Position numbers and translations under genes: made by a program. From Candidatus Methanomethylophilaceae archaeon (lineage in GTDB: Archaea; Thermoplasmatota; Thermoplasmata; Methanomassiliicoccales; Methanomethylophilaceae): 37,868 bases of DNA. Location of the stretch: assembly GCA_017395275.1 (NCBI GenBank), contig JAFPVN010000164.1, forward strand, positions 1 through 37,868. The letters run 5' to 3'. The notes under the pieces are model-generated. The model had not been told where the DNA came from and searched no databases. It saw only the letters and a program-made list of their open reading frames with translations. Shown one piece after another: positions 1 through 8,338 of this stretch. Numbering within the stretch: position 1 is the stretch's first letter; each line of letters starts with the position of its first letter.

Positions 1-87
1 GCAGTTTACCATGTTTCACCGCTGTCCCGTTGACGGCACACTCTTACGATTGTCCCGTCTAACGGAACATTCGTAGCATCGAACGTC

Positions 88-144
88 AGAGCCAAGAGGG
101 CACGCCCGAGGGCGGAGATCTTCGGCTCTCCATGTTATCTTTTT
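88..144 (+). terminator. possible hairpin plus T5 tract (3' end of an upstream plus-strand transcript or small RNA)
   Basis: AGAGCC (88-93) pairs with GGCTCT (124-129). It encloses an inner GCCC-GA-GGGC hairpin and is followed by TTTTT at 140-144. No ORF is assigned to bases 1-250. Confidence 0.2.
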
Positions 145-250
145 GTGTTCGCAAGTCCCGGTTGGGTCTCGCGCATTACCCCCTTACACACGACTGGTAT
201 ATAACGGTTATGGTCTCGGCCATACGGAGGACAATGAAGCGTCCGGACGC

Positions 251-598
251 TCAGTATCTTCTGACGACACCGCACCTGCAGCCCGAATCGTACTCGTCCT
301 TGGTGAGCTGGGTCCAGTCCCCGAGGACATCGTGCACCCAGCTGTCGTCCATACGCTGCGATTCGAACTCAGTCATGGAGATCACGTACGCCAGTTCCCT
401 GGTGCTCGCGCCGCATTTGACGGCCGCGTGGAAGTGCGACCTGACGGCGATCGGGCTCCTGGAACGGATGGCCAATGCGAATGCGATGAGATGGTAGGTC
501 TTGTCGTCGAAGGGACGCTTCATCTCCATGGCGGACTCGACCTCGTCCATGGCCTCCGAGAACTCCGGGAAATACTCCTCTGTGAACTTCATTTTCAT
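251..598 (-). CDS. carboxymuconolactone decarboxylase (AhpD-like) family protein
   Basis: 115-aa ORF with ATG at 596-598 and TGA at 251-253. It has a CMD-family-like core (KTYHLIAFALAI...HFHAAVKCGASTRELAYVI). Its ATG overlaps the stop of the upstream gene (ATGA at 595-598). Confidence 0.6.
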   Translation of the reverse strand: MKMKFTEEYFPEFSEAMDEVESAMEMKRPFDDKTYHLIAFALAIRSRSPIAVRSHFHAAVKCGASTRELAYVISMTEFESQRMDDSWVHDVLGDWTQLTKDEYDSGCRCGVVRRY

Positions 599-1167
599 TC
601 CTCAACGTTCTTAATAATATAGAAGGGACACCTGTGCCCGATGCACTCCCTGTTGTCGTCCGACCTCGTGCATCCGTAAGCGGACGGGTGCAATACGATA
701 CCGAACTCCCTCTCCAGGAATGCGCATGCGGTCTGTATGGACAGTACCGCATTCCTCTTGCAGCACCTCGGTCCTCCCACATCGGCTATCCGTGCGAGCG
801 ATTCGGACGTCAATCTGTTGCACTGCGCCCACCTCTTACCCTTGGATATGGGATTGGTGCGGGTAACCACGCTCAGGAACAGCCCCGTGCCGACGGCGGA
901 ACCGCAGGTCCCCCAGTATCCGCAGATCATCTCCGGCACCTCCGATGCCCTCTCCGCAGCCTCATTGAGATACGACCTGAGGTCGAAATCCCTCACGACG
1001 CTCCAATAGGCCGTGACCAGGACCATCGGCACGATGATGTGGTGCATACGGCTGTGCATGGGCACCTCGGGGTCGCGGATGAGCATCCTGAACAGTTTCA
1101 CGGGATCGTCGGTGGCATTCTCCACGCACACATCCACGAAACGCTGGTACACCGTATCCGCAGCCAT
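595..1167 (-). CDS. Cys-rich conserved hypothetical protein (DUF5714-like, from memory)
   Basis: ORF 595..1266 trimmed to the internal ATG at 1165-1167 (MAADTVYQRF...). This removes the clash with the divergent gene at 1221 and puts the ATG about 28 nt from a TATA-like box. Motifs CGYWGTCGSAVG and GGPRCCKR are present. It is translationally coupled to the CMD gene. Confidence 0.6.
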   Translation of the reverse strand: MAADTVYQRFVDVCVENATDDPVKLFRMLIRDPEVPMHSRMHHIIVPMVLVTAYWSVVRDFDLRSYLNEAAERASEVPEMICGYWGTCGSAVGTGLFLSVVTRTNPISKGKRWAQCNRLTSESLARIADVGGPRCCKRNAVLSIQTACAFLEREFGIVLHPSAYGCTRSDDNRECIGHRCPFYIIKNVEE

Positions 1168-1190
1168 CGGTATAGCAAGGACAATCACTC

Positions 1191-1200
1191 TAAAATATAT
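1191..1200. promoter_or_regulatory. shared AT-rich TATA-like element between divergent leaderless genes
   Basis: TAAAATATAT lies in the 53-nt spacer between ATG 1167 (minus) and ATG 1221 (plus). It sits about 28 and about 25 nt from the two start codons. Confidence 0.4.
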
Positions 1201-1220
1201 GGCGATGCAATCCGCAGACC

Positions 1221-1868
1221 ATGAAATACCTGGTACTGACCGACCTGCACGGCAAGAGATCCGCAATGGATTGGATCAACCCCCTGATCAAGAACGAGGG
1301 CATCGACTGCGTACTGTTCCTGGGCGACGCCGTGGAACTCCCGACCGCACCCGAGGAGTCGATCAAGATGATCGGCATGATCGAGTGCAAGCGCATACTC
1401 GCCATCCCCGGGAACATAGACTCCCCGGACATGATAGGCATGATCGATCAGGTGGCGGAGAACATGCACGGCAAGGGCAAGCAGGTAGGGGACGTGTACA
1501 TCGCCGGTTTCGGCGGTAGCAACCCCACCATCTTCGACACCCCCTGCGAGTTCCAGGAGGATGCCATCTCCGAAGCGCTGGAGAAGGTCTCGAAGGAGGG
1601 CATGGTCCTGATGGTCCACGCGCCCGCATACGGCATCAACGACCAGATTCCCTCAGGACTCAGCGTCGGGAGCAAGGCCATACTGGACATCTGCAAGAAG
1701 TACCGTCCCAAGGTCGTCCTCTCGGGCCACATCCACGAGGCCTTCGGAAGACAGGACATCGACGGCACCATCTACGTGAACCCGGGTCCGGCCAAGGACG
1801 GACGCGCCGCCATCATGACCGTCGACGGCGGGAAGATAGACGTGCGCCTGCTCGGACCCACCGATTGA
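1221..1868 (+). CDS. metallophosphoesterase (calcineurin-like, YfcE/MJ0936-type)
   Basis: 215 aa with phosphoesterase motifs in order: LTDLHG, FLGDAV, GNIDSP, MVHAP, SGHIHE. Confidence 0.85.
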   Translation: MKYLVLTDLHGKRSAMDWINPLIKNEGIDCVLFLGDAVELPTAPEESIKMIGMIECKRILAIPGNIDSPDMIGMIDQVAENMHGKGKQVGDVYIAGFGGSNPTIFDTPCEFQEDAISEALEKVSKEGMVLMVHAPAYGINDQIPSGLSVGSKAILDICKKYRPKVVLSGHIHEAFGRQDIDGTIYVNPGPAKDGRAAIMTVDGGKIDVRLLGPTD

Positions 1869-1916
1869 CGGGATAGTTTTAAATATAAAACCATAAATTG
1901 GGGAAGTTGAGTAATC

Positions 1917-2297
1917 ATGGCACTTTGGCAGGGAAAACCCAACAAGAAATCCACCGGCGGAAGGCTGGTTCCCAGCAAGGGAAAGAGGAAGTTCGAGATC
2001 GGCAGAGAGAAGCAGTACACCAAGCTCGGAACACAGAGCCTGAAGCAGTACCGCACCTGCGGAGGAAATGTCAAGGTAGGAATGCTCGCAGCAGAGTTCG
2101 CGAACGTCGTTGACAAGAAGACCAACACCGTCAAGAAGGTCAAGATCACAAATGTCAAGACGAACCCGGCAGACCCCAACTACGTCCAGCGTAACATCAT
2201 CAACAAGGGTGCTACCATCGAGACGGAGCTCGGAACTGCCATCGTTACATCCAGGCCCGGCCAGGATGGAGCGGTCAACGCGGTCCTGATTGCCTGA
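1917..2297 (+). CDS. rps8e: 30S ribosomal protein S8e (eS8)
   Basis: 126 aa with N-terminus MALWQGKPNKKSTGGRLVPSKGKRKFEIGRE, typical of archaeal S8e. A TATA-like TTTTAAATATAAAA lies at 1878-1891. Confidence 0.95.
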   Translation: MALWQGKPNKKSTGGRLVPSKGKRKFEIGREKQYTKLGTQSLKQYRTCGGNVKVGMLAAEFANVVDKKTNTVKKVKITNVKTNPADPNYVQRNIINKGATIETELGTAIVTSRPGQDGAVNAVLIA

Positions 2298-2338
2298 GTG
2301 TCCAAACCTTTTCAACCCACTTCCCCCTTTCTGATAGC

Positions 2339-2629
2339 ATGGCATACGACGACGACAACGCTATCGTCCTGTGGCCCGAGTATTTCGACAGGAACAGGAC
2401 GCGTTCCCAGGGGAGGAGACTCCCGGTCCAGCTGTGCGTAGACAAACCTGATCTGGACATCATCGCTAAAGGCGCGATGATCCTCGATCTCGAATTCAAG
2501 ATCTTCGAGGACAAGTCCTATCCCGCGGACTGGGCCGCACATGCCGGCTGCGTCCGCGTCGAAAAAGGGAAGATCTCCAAGAGCGAACTGCTCAGGGAGA
2601 TCGGAAAGACCCTTGTTGCCAACAGCTGA
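2339..2629 (+). CDS. srp19: signal recognition particle protein SRP19
   Basis: 96 aa. IVLWPEYFDRNRTRSQGRRLP matches the archaeal SRP19 signature (iWPsYiD...sRreGRkvP). Confidence 0.9.
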   Translation: MAYDDDNAIVLWPEYFDRNRTRSQGRRLPVQLCVDKPDLDIIAKGAMILDLEFKIFEDKSYPADWAAHAGCVRVEKGKISKSELLREIGKTLVANS

Positions 2630-2657
2630 CTGCTGGCACATTTTGTAAGATGTTAAA

Positions 2658-2681
2658 GCTGCGGATGACCGCAGCGTTTTT
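2658..2681. terminator. GC hairpin plus T5 between convergent genes
   Basis: GCTGCGG-ATGA-CCGCAGC (2658-2675) is followed by GTTTTT (2676-2681). It lies between the SRP19 stop (2629) and the Isf stop (2687). Confidence 0.5.
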
Positions 2682-2686
2682 CCGCT

Positions 2687-3304
2687 TCAGCGTATGAAGT
2701 GGGTGGGTGTCCACGGCTCCTTCTCGGGAAGACCATACTTCTCCTTGCCCAGAGCGATGGATTTGATCAGGAAGGACATGTTCCTGGCGAGGACGCGCAT
2801 GGTCTGGAGACCCTCGGCGTCCTGCTCCGCATCGCCCTTCTCCCTCCCGTGCACGCTGTTCCAGTACTGGCTGGATGCGACGGGCATCCCCGCGATGGTG
2901 AAGTACTTGTTCAGCTGGTCGAATGTAGCGGAACACCCTCCGCGCCTGGCGACCGCAACGCTGGCCCCCACCTTCATGGTCTTGTCGAATCCCGAACTGT
3001 AGAACAGCCTGTCGAGGAACGCCACCAGCGTACCGTTGGCCGATGCGTAGTACACGGGAGACGCCGCCACGAGTCCGTCGGCATCCTTGAACTTGGCCGC
3101 GACCTCGTTCACGATGTCGTCGAACACGCACTTGCCGTTCTTCTTGCAGGAACCGCATGCGACGCATCCCCTGATCTCCATGTTCCCGATCTGGATGATC
3201 TCAGTCTCGATGCCTTCGGCCTTGAACACCTTCTCCATCTCTCCGAGAGCGATGGATGTGTTCCCGTTCTTCCTGGGGCTTCCGTTGAGCATAATGACCT
3301 TCAT
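2687..3304 (-). CDS. iron-sulfur flavoprotein / NAD(P)H-dependent FMN reductase (flavodoxin fold)
   Basis: ORF 2687..3376 trimmed to ATG 3302-3304 (MKVIMLNGSPRKNGNTS, a typical flavodoxin-fold start). It carries the compact Cys motif CVACGSCKKNGKC (C-x2-C-x2-C-x5-C) characteristic of methanogen Isf proteins. Confidence 0.85.
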   Translation of the reverse strand: MKVIMLNGSPRKNGNTSIALGEMEKVFKAEGIETEIIQIGNMEIRGCVACGSCKKNGKCVFDDIVNEVAAKFKDADGLVAASPVYYASANGTLVAFLDRLFYSSGFDKTMKVGASVAVARRGGCSATFDQLNKYFTIAGMPVASSQYWNSVHGREKGDAEQDAEGLQTMRVLARNMSFLIKSIALGKEKYGLPEKEPWTPTHFIR

Positions 3305-3389
3305 AACTATCTCCGACAGGGTATCTGTCGGGTCGGATAAAGGATTTGGTGTCGATAGGGTCATTATATTGAACATCGATTACGGTCCC

Positions 3390-4763
3390 ATGATCACCGC
3401 TCTCGAATCGCGTATCCTCGATGCGAATTCGGAATCCATGGGAGTCAGCGTTGAGACGCTGATGAGGAATGCAGGTCTGGCACTTGCGGAGTTCGTCGGG
3501 AAGGAGGCGAAAGGCAGGATACTGTTCATCTGCGGGAGCGGGAACAACGGCGGCGACGGTTACGCCGCATACATGTCCCTAAAGGACAGATCGGACGTCT
3601 GCGCCTTCAGGGAACCGAAGTCCCCGTTGTGCAGGAAGATGGCCAAGGATATCAGAACGATACCTTACGGGGATCTGAATCTGAACGGTTACGATGTCAT
3701 CGTGGACTGCGTACTGGGTACCGGACCGTCGGGACAGCTGAGACAGGAATATCTGGATTACATAGACCGCCTGAATTCCTCCGGGAAGAAGATAATCTCG
3801 TGCGACGTGCCGACCGGATTCGGCACGGATACCATGGTCAGACCGTATGCGACGATCACATTCCACGATGTCAAGAATGGGATGGGAGCGGAATGCGGCA
3901 TAATCGGAATCAGGGACATCGGCATCCCGCCGGAGGCATCGCTTGTCGTTGGGAAGGGTGATTTCCTGAGATATCCCGTCCCAAAGGATGACAGCCACAA
4001 GGGGCAGAACGGCAGGCTCCTGATCGTAGGCGGAGGCCCGTACGTAGGCGCACCGATCATGGCGGCGATGGCGTCGCTGAGGGCGGGGGTGGATCTCGTG
4101 ACCGTGATGTCCCCGAAAGGCAGTTTCCTCCCCATAGCATCGTACTCGCCCGCATACATGGTGAGATGCCTGAGCGGCCAAACGCTGTGCATGGACGATG
4201 TCGACGTGATAATCGAGGCATCGAAGAAGGCTGATGCGGTACTGATCGGCCCGGGTCTCGGGACCTCGCCGGAGACGGCGGAGGCCGTAAGGGTGATCAC
4301 AGCCAAAATCGATGTGCCAGCAGTCATAGATGCGGACGGTATAACCTGTATCTCCGGAGCGATCCCGAAGGATAAGCACATGGTGTTCACGCCGCATGCG
4401 GCGGAACTAGCCCGCCTCACGGGAAGGAAGGACCCAGGCGACGGAGAGGTATCCTCCTTCTGTAGAGAGAACGGATGCGTCATCCTGCGCAAGGGACGTG
4501 TCGATTCGATCTACGACGGCAAGAGGGTCCGCGAGAACAGGACCGGTTCTCCCGGGATGACCGTCGGAGGGACGGGGGACGTCCTCGCCGGCACAGTGGC
4601 GGGACTCATGGCCAAGGGCATGTCCGGATTCGATGCCGCATGCCTCGGTGCCCACATATGCGGCCTCGCAGGCGAATTCGCCTACGGGGTGCACTCCTAC
4701 GGCATGAACGCGACGGATGTCATCGACGGGATCGGACGGGTCCTGAAGGAAGGTCTCGAATGA
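3390..4763 (+). CDS. nnr: bifunctional NAD(P)H-hydrate repair enzyme (epimerase / ADP-dependent dehydratase)
   Basis: ORF 3087..4763 trimmed to ATG 3390 (MITALESRILDANSE), which has a TATA-like CATTATATTG about 24 nt upstream. YjeF_N motif GSGNNGGDGY is present, along with C-terminal kinase-fold motifs GPGLG and GGTGDVLAG. Confidence 0.9.
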   Translation: MITALESRILDANSESMGVSVETLMRNAGLALAEFVGKEAKGRILFICGSGNNGGDGYAAYMSLKDRSDVCAFREPKSPLCRKMAKDIRTIPYGDLNLNGYDVIVDCVLGTGPSGQLRQEYLDYIDRLNSSGKKIISCDVPTGFGTDTMVRPYATITFHDVKNGMGAECGIIGIRDIGIPPEASLVVGKGDFLRYPVPKDDSHKGQNGRLLIVGGGPYVGAPIMAAMASLRAGVDLVTVMSPKGSFLPIASYSPAYMVRCLSGQTLCMDDVDVIIEASKKADAVLIGPGLGTSPETAEAVRVITAKIDVPAVIDADGITCISGAIPKDKHMVFTPHAAELARLTGRKDPGDGEVSSFCRENGCVILRKGRVDSIYDGKRVRENRTGSPGMTVGGTGDVLAGTVAGLMAKGMSGFDAACLGAHICGLAGEFAYGVHSYGMNATDVIDGIGRVLKEGLE

Positions 4764-5527
4764 CCGAAATCCAGCCGGTGCACGGGATACCTGCCCTCCG
4801 CGTGGGCACCACCCTGGTGATAGCCGACCTCCATATCGGATTGGAGGCGCAGCTGGTCAGCAAGGGGTTCCATATCACATCCAGGACGGAGGACATGTTC
4901 GATGCCATCATGGCGGCATCGGACGGATGCAACAAGCTCATAGTCCTCGGGGATGTGAAGAACAGCGTCCCCGGCTCCAGCAAGCAGGAGTACCGCGAGA
5001 TACCCGACTTCTTCTGCAGACTGTCGGAGCATTTCAACTCGGTGACGGTCGTCAGGGGCAACCACGATACCAACATCGAGGAGTACCTCCCTCCTGAGAT
5101 ACGCACGGCCCCCGCATCCGGCCTCAGGATAGACGACGTGGGATTCATTCACGGCCATACCTGGCCTTCGGCCGTGGTCATGGGATGCAAGACCCTGGTC
5201 CTGGCCCACAACCACCCCGCGATGTACTTCGTGGACGGGGTCAAGAAGCAGACCGCAGAGCCCTGCTGGCTCAGGGGCAGGTTCGTCTCCGGCGGCGATA
5301 AGTACGACAGGTATCCGGAATCGTTCATAGTGGTGCCGGCGTTCAACCGCATACTGGGCGGATCGCCGGTGAACGCGGAGAACGGGGAGTTCCTCGGTCC
5401 GCTGATGAAACCGGAGTTCATGGACCTGGACAACGCGGGCATCTATCTCCTGGACGGGATCTACCTCGGCAGGAGGAAGGACAACCTGGTGAAATGCCGC
5501 CTCAGCTCCCGCTACAACAGGGACTGA
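4760..5527 (+). CDS. metallophosphoesterase, archaeal SbcD/Mre11-related family
   Basis: ORF 4475..5527 trimmed to ATG 4760 (MTEIQPVHG...), which overlaps the nnr stop (ATGA). Motifs IADLHIG, VLGDVKN, VRGNHD, FIHGH and LAHNHP are present. Confidence 0.8.
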   Translation: MTEIQPVHGIPALRVGTTLVIADLHIGLEAQLVSKGFHITSRTEDMFDAIMAASDGCNKLIVLGDVKNSVPGSSKQEYREIPDFFCRLSEHFNSVTVVRGNHDTNIEEYLPPEIRTAPASGLRIDDVGFIHGHTWPSAVVMGCKTLVLAHNHPAMYFVDGVKKQTAEPCWLRGRFVSGGDKYDRYPESFIVVPAFNRILGGSPVNAENGEFLGPLMKPEFMDLDNAGIYLLDGIYLGRRKDNLVKCRLSSRYNRD

Positions 5528-5577
5528 AAGCACAGTGCCAGCATATTGTTTTTGAAATTGAAAAAGAAAAATGTTAA

Positions 5578-5600
5578 AGGGGGCTTTCGCCCCCTGTTTT
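5578..5600. terminator. bidirectional GC hairpin flanked by A/T tracts
   Basis: AGGGGGC-TTTC-GCCCCCT (5578-5595) is followed by GTTTT and preceded by an A-rich stretch. It lies between the convergent stops at 5527 (plus) and 5605 (minus). Confidence 0.5.
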
Positions 5601-5604
5601 CACA

Positions 5605-7122
5605 TCAGTCGCGGGAGATGGTCTCGATGACCTTTCCGTCCCTGTTCTTGATGACCGCGGTCAGAGGCATCTTTCCGGGCAGGCTGTGGGTTGCACAGGA
5701 GTTGCACGGGTCATATGCCCTGAAGGCCATCTCGACCATGTTCAGGAGACCGGGGGAGACCTCGAAGTTGTGGATCAGACCCTTCGCGGCGTTCCTGACA
5801 TCGATGTTCATGGAACCGTTGTTGTTGGTTGTACCGACAACCAGGTTGCATGCGGTGACGATGCCGTTCTCGTCGCAGGTGTAGTCGTGCGTGAGGGTTC
5901 CTCTGGGGGCCTCGACGCATCCGACTCCGCGTCCTCCGGGGACGAGGTCGGTCTGCTTGATGTCTCCGTTGAGCAGGTCTGCGTGCTGAGCGTCCTCGAG
6001 GGTCTTCTCAGCGGCGTAGAGCAGCTCGATGACTCTTGCCCAGTGGGTCGCCAGGGTGAAGTGGACGGGTCCCTCGATTCCGAGGTCCTTGAAGAATCCA
6101 CGGTACTCCATGAGCGCGTCGTGGGCGAGCGGGGTGGAGATGTCCTTACAGACGTTGAGCCTGGACAGGGGGGTAGCTCTGTAGATACCGCTGTCGGGGC
6201 CCGCGTACAGTCCCTTGTATCCGATCTTCTTCAGGTAGGGGAACTTCTCGTAGGACCAGGGCTCGGCTGCCTCGGCGATGTTGTCGAGGTAGTCGTAGGG
6301 GTCGTACTTGGCGAACTCGTTACCCTTCTGGTCGACGACCTTGACGGGTCCGTCGTGGAACTCGAGGTTGTCGTCCTTGTTGACCAGTCCCATGTAGTAG
6401 GACTCCTGGTAGTACAGGTCGGGGTTCTTGATGATGTTGACGTAGTCCTCGTTGGACAGTACGACATCCTTCAGGACCTGCATCGAGGTCTGGGCGAACT
6501 TCACGAGCTGCTCCGCATATCCGACGATCTCCTTCTGCTCGGCGGCGTTGATTGCCTTGGTCACTCCGCCGGGAACTCCCATGACGGGGTGGGTTGCCTT
6601 TCCACCGATGATTGCCTGAATCCTCTGTGCCTGGGACCTTGCCCTGAGGACTGCTCCTCCGAGCTCGAGTCCGACACGTCCGACGACTCCCAGGACGTTC
6701 CTCTCCGCGGCGGGTGCTGCGGGTCCGCACACGAAGTCGGGCGCTGCCAGTGCGTAGAAGTGCGCGATGTGGCTGTGCACGAAGTGTGCGTGGTAGAACA
6801 GGTCCCTGATCAGGAACGCGGTCGGGGTCGGCTTTGCGTTGAAACATCCGTCGATTGCCTTGGTGGAGGCGAGGTGGTGTGCACCGGGGCAGACACCGCA
6901 GAGCCTTGCAGTGATCTGGTTGAGCTCTGTTACCTTCCTGCCGATGCAGAACCTCTCGAATCCCCTGAGCTCGGGAACCTGCCAGTAGGTGTTCTCGACG
7001 TTTCCGTTGTCATCAAGGAAGATCTCGATCTTTCCGTGTCCCTCGAGACGGGTGATCGGGTCGATCAGGATCCTCTTGGTGTCTACTTTCTTCTTCTCAT
7101 CCCAAATGATAGGTGCGGCCAT
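5605..7122 (-). CDS. mvhA: F420-non-reducing [NiFe] hydrogenase large subunit
   Basis: 505 aa. It has the N-terminal RLEGHGKI and RLCGVCPGAHH motifs and the C-terminal DPCNSCATH nickel-binding motif, followed by a 26-aa tail. GGAGGT lies upstream of the ATG at 7120-7122. Confidence 0.95.
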   Translation of the reverse strand: MAAPIIWDEKKKVDTKRILIDPITRLEGHGKIEIFLDDNGNVENTYWQVPELRGFERFCIGRKVTELNQITARLCGVCPGAHHLASTKAIDGCFNAKPTPTAFLIRDLFYHAHFVHSHIAHFYALAAPDFVCGPAAPAAERNVLGVVGRVGLELGGAVLRARSQAQRIQAIIGGKATHPVMGVPGGVTKAINAAEQKEIVGYAEQLVKFAQTSMQVLKDVVLSNEDYVNIIKNPDLYYQESYYMGLVNKDDNLEFHDGPVKVVDQKGNEFAKYDPYDYLDNIAEAAEPWSYEKFPYLKKIGYKGLYAGPDSGIYRATPLSRLNVCKDISTPLAHDALMEYRGFFKDLGIEGPVHFTLATHWARVIELLYAAEKTLEDAQHADLLNGDIKQTDLVPGGRGVGCVEAPRGTLTHDYTCDENGIVTACNLVVGTTNNNGSMNIDVRNAAKGLIHNFEVSPGLLNMVEMAFRAYDPCNSCATHSLPGKMPLTAVIKNRDGKVIETISRD

Positions 7123-7123
7123 G

Positions 7124-8338
7124 TCACTGACCTCCTTCTTTGACTGACCTTGCGATCAGTGCCTTAGACATCGTGTAGGCATAGAAGTATCCGAGCGGAT
7201 CCTTGATGCTCGACATGATGTCGATAATCTTGTCCTCTTTGCATGTGGGGTCCTCTTCAAGGATGGGGAACAGCGATGCGACTGCGGTGAAGACCGATGC
7301 ACCGTGCTCTGTGACCTTGTCAGTGGGTCCGTAGCATCCGCGGCAGGGCTGGCCGACACGGGTACACTTGGCACCGCATCCGCCGACGGTCGCGGCTCCG
7401 AGACACAGGATTCCCTGGTCCATCAGACACTTGTCGGGATCGATGTTGACCTGATAGGGCTCCTTGATCTCGTCGAGTCTCTTGTTCTCCTTGTGCCTGG
7501 GGCACTCCTCGCAGAGGGTCCTCTTGGTGACTCCGATGTGGGTTCCCTTCGGGGGCAGCGCAACGCCCTTGTAGACGAATGCGACGACCGCGTCGAGGAG
7601 CTGTCCGAGGGTCTCCTGGGTAGGGGGGCATCCGGGGACGTAGTAGTCCACGTCGATGACCTGGTCCAGGCTCTTTACCCTGTTGTAGAGAGTGGGGAGG
7701 GTCAGGTGTCCCTCGGGGACGTCGATCTCGGTCTGGGGCACGTGGGGCTTGTCGGGGTACGCCTCGCAGAATGCCTTGGAGGTGGGCGTCTGGTTGTAGA
7801 CGTAGTCCAGGACCTCCTTGGATCCGCCGGGGATCAGGTTGGCCAGGGCGGGGGTTCCGCCGAAGCAGGCGCAGGAACCATAGGCGACGACGAGCTGGGA
7901 CTTCTGCCTGAGCAGCCTGACCATGTGCTCGTTCTCCGCGTTCCTCACTGCACCGTTGATGAGCGAGACGGTGATAGAACCGTCCTCCATCTCCTCGATG
8001 TCCTTCTCCTTTCCGTCAGCTGCGACAGGCCACATGACAATGTCTGCCATCGCGCCGACGTTCAGGACCTTCTCATCGGAATCCAGAACGGAAACGTCGC
8101 ATCCACCGCATGCTGCTGCCCAGTAGATTGCGAGCTTGATCTTTCCGCCCTCGGGTGCTCCGAGACCGGGAACGTATCCGGGGATGGGCTGGTTGGCGTC
8201 GGTCTCAGCGTAGATCGATCCGCCCATGCTGGATGCTCCGGCCGCCGCGGGTGCGGCTGCGGGTGCTGCCGCGGGTGCGGCGTCCTTCTTCTTGTCTTTC
8301 TTCTTGAATAGGTTGCTGAAGAATCCCATCTTACTCAT
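7124..8338 (-). CDS. mvhG: F420-non-reducing hydrogenase small subunit with N-terminal extension
   Basis: 404 aa. The small-subunit core starts at KIKLAIYWAAACGGCD, and further FeS cysteines (GSCACFGG, PGCPP, CLGAATVGGCGAKC) are present. The ATG at 8336-8338 overlaps the mvhD stop by 8 nt. About 65 residues precede the core. Confidence 0.85.
   Translation of the reverse strand: MSKMGFFSNLFKKKDKKKDAAPAAAPAAAPAAAGASSMGGSIYAETDANQPIPGYVPGLGAPEGGKIKLAIYWAAACGGCDVSVLDSDEKVLNVGAMADIVMWPVAADGKEKDIEEMEDGSITVSLINGAVRNAENEHMVRLLRQKSQLVVAYGSCACFGGTPALANLIPGGSKEVLDYVYNQTPTSKAFCEAYPDKPHVPQTEIDVPEGHLTLPTLYNRVKSLDQVIDVDYYVPGCPPTQETLGQLLDAVVAFVYKGVALPPKGTHIGVTKRTLCEECPRHKENKRLDEIKEPYQVNIDPDKCLMDQGILCLGAATVGGCGAKCTRVGQPCRGCYGPTDKVTEHGASVFTAVASLFPILEEDPTCKEDKIIDIMSSIKDPLGYFYAYTMSKALIARSVKEGGQ
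8244..8279. repeat. 12-bp tandem repeat x3 (encodes the Ala-Pro linker of MvhG)
   Basis: GCCGCGGGTGCG / GCTGCGGGTGCT / GCCGCGGGTGCG, read on the minus strand as AAP-AAAP-AAAP-AAA. Confidence 0.7.

Noticed and set aside
234-497. Plus-strand ORF (MKRPDAQYLL...) with a good-looking GGAGG 4 nt upstream and a TATA-like GGTATATAACGG about 25 nt before it.
   Set aside because: It lies entirely antisense to the CMD-family gene, which has a recognisable fold signature, and its translation has no motif and odd S/T/L-rich composition. The signals might drive an antisense RNA, but I cannot support a CDS.
5686-7143. 485-aa plus-strand ORF antisense to mvhA. Similar long antisense or out-of-frame ORFs occur at 7304-8311, 10242-11540, 17002-17703, 24575-26239, 33349-34464, 34528-35520, 35722-36531 and 36452-37561.
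   Set aside because: Their translations are low-complexity G/D/V/R/L/E-rich strings without motifs. Each is fully covered by an opposite-strand gene with clear family signatures. This is a typical GC-rich shadow-ORF artefact.
8233-8283. GC-rich short tandem repeat that might look like a repeat array or slippage hotspot.
   Set aside because: It has only three 12-bp units, is in frame, and encodes the Ala-Pro linker of MvhG. It is not a CRISPR or satellite, and it is reported as a coding repeat only.
8331-8338. The identical overlap string GATGAGTAA occurs at the mvhD/mvhG junction and at the rrp41/rrp42 junction (15874-15882).
   Set aside because: It is simply ...Asp-Glu-stop overlapping Met-Ser-(Lys/Asn), a common ATGA-type coupling arrangement. 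Two occurrences are not evidence of a shared regulatory element.
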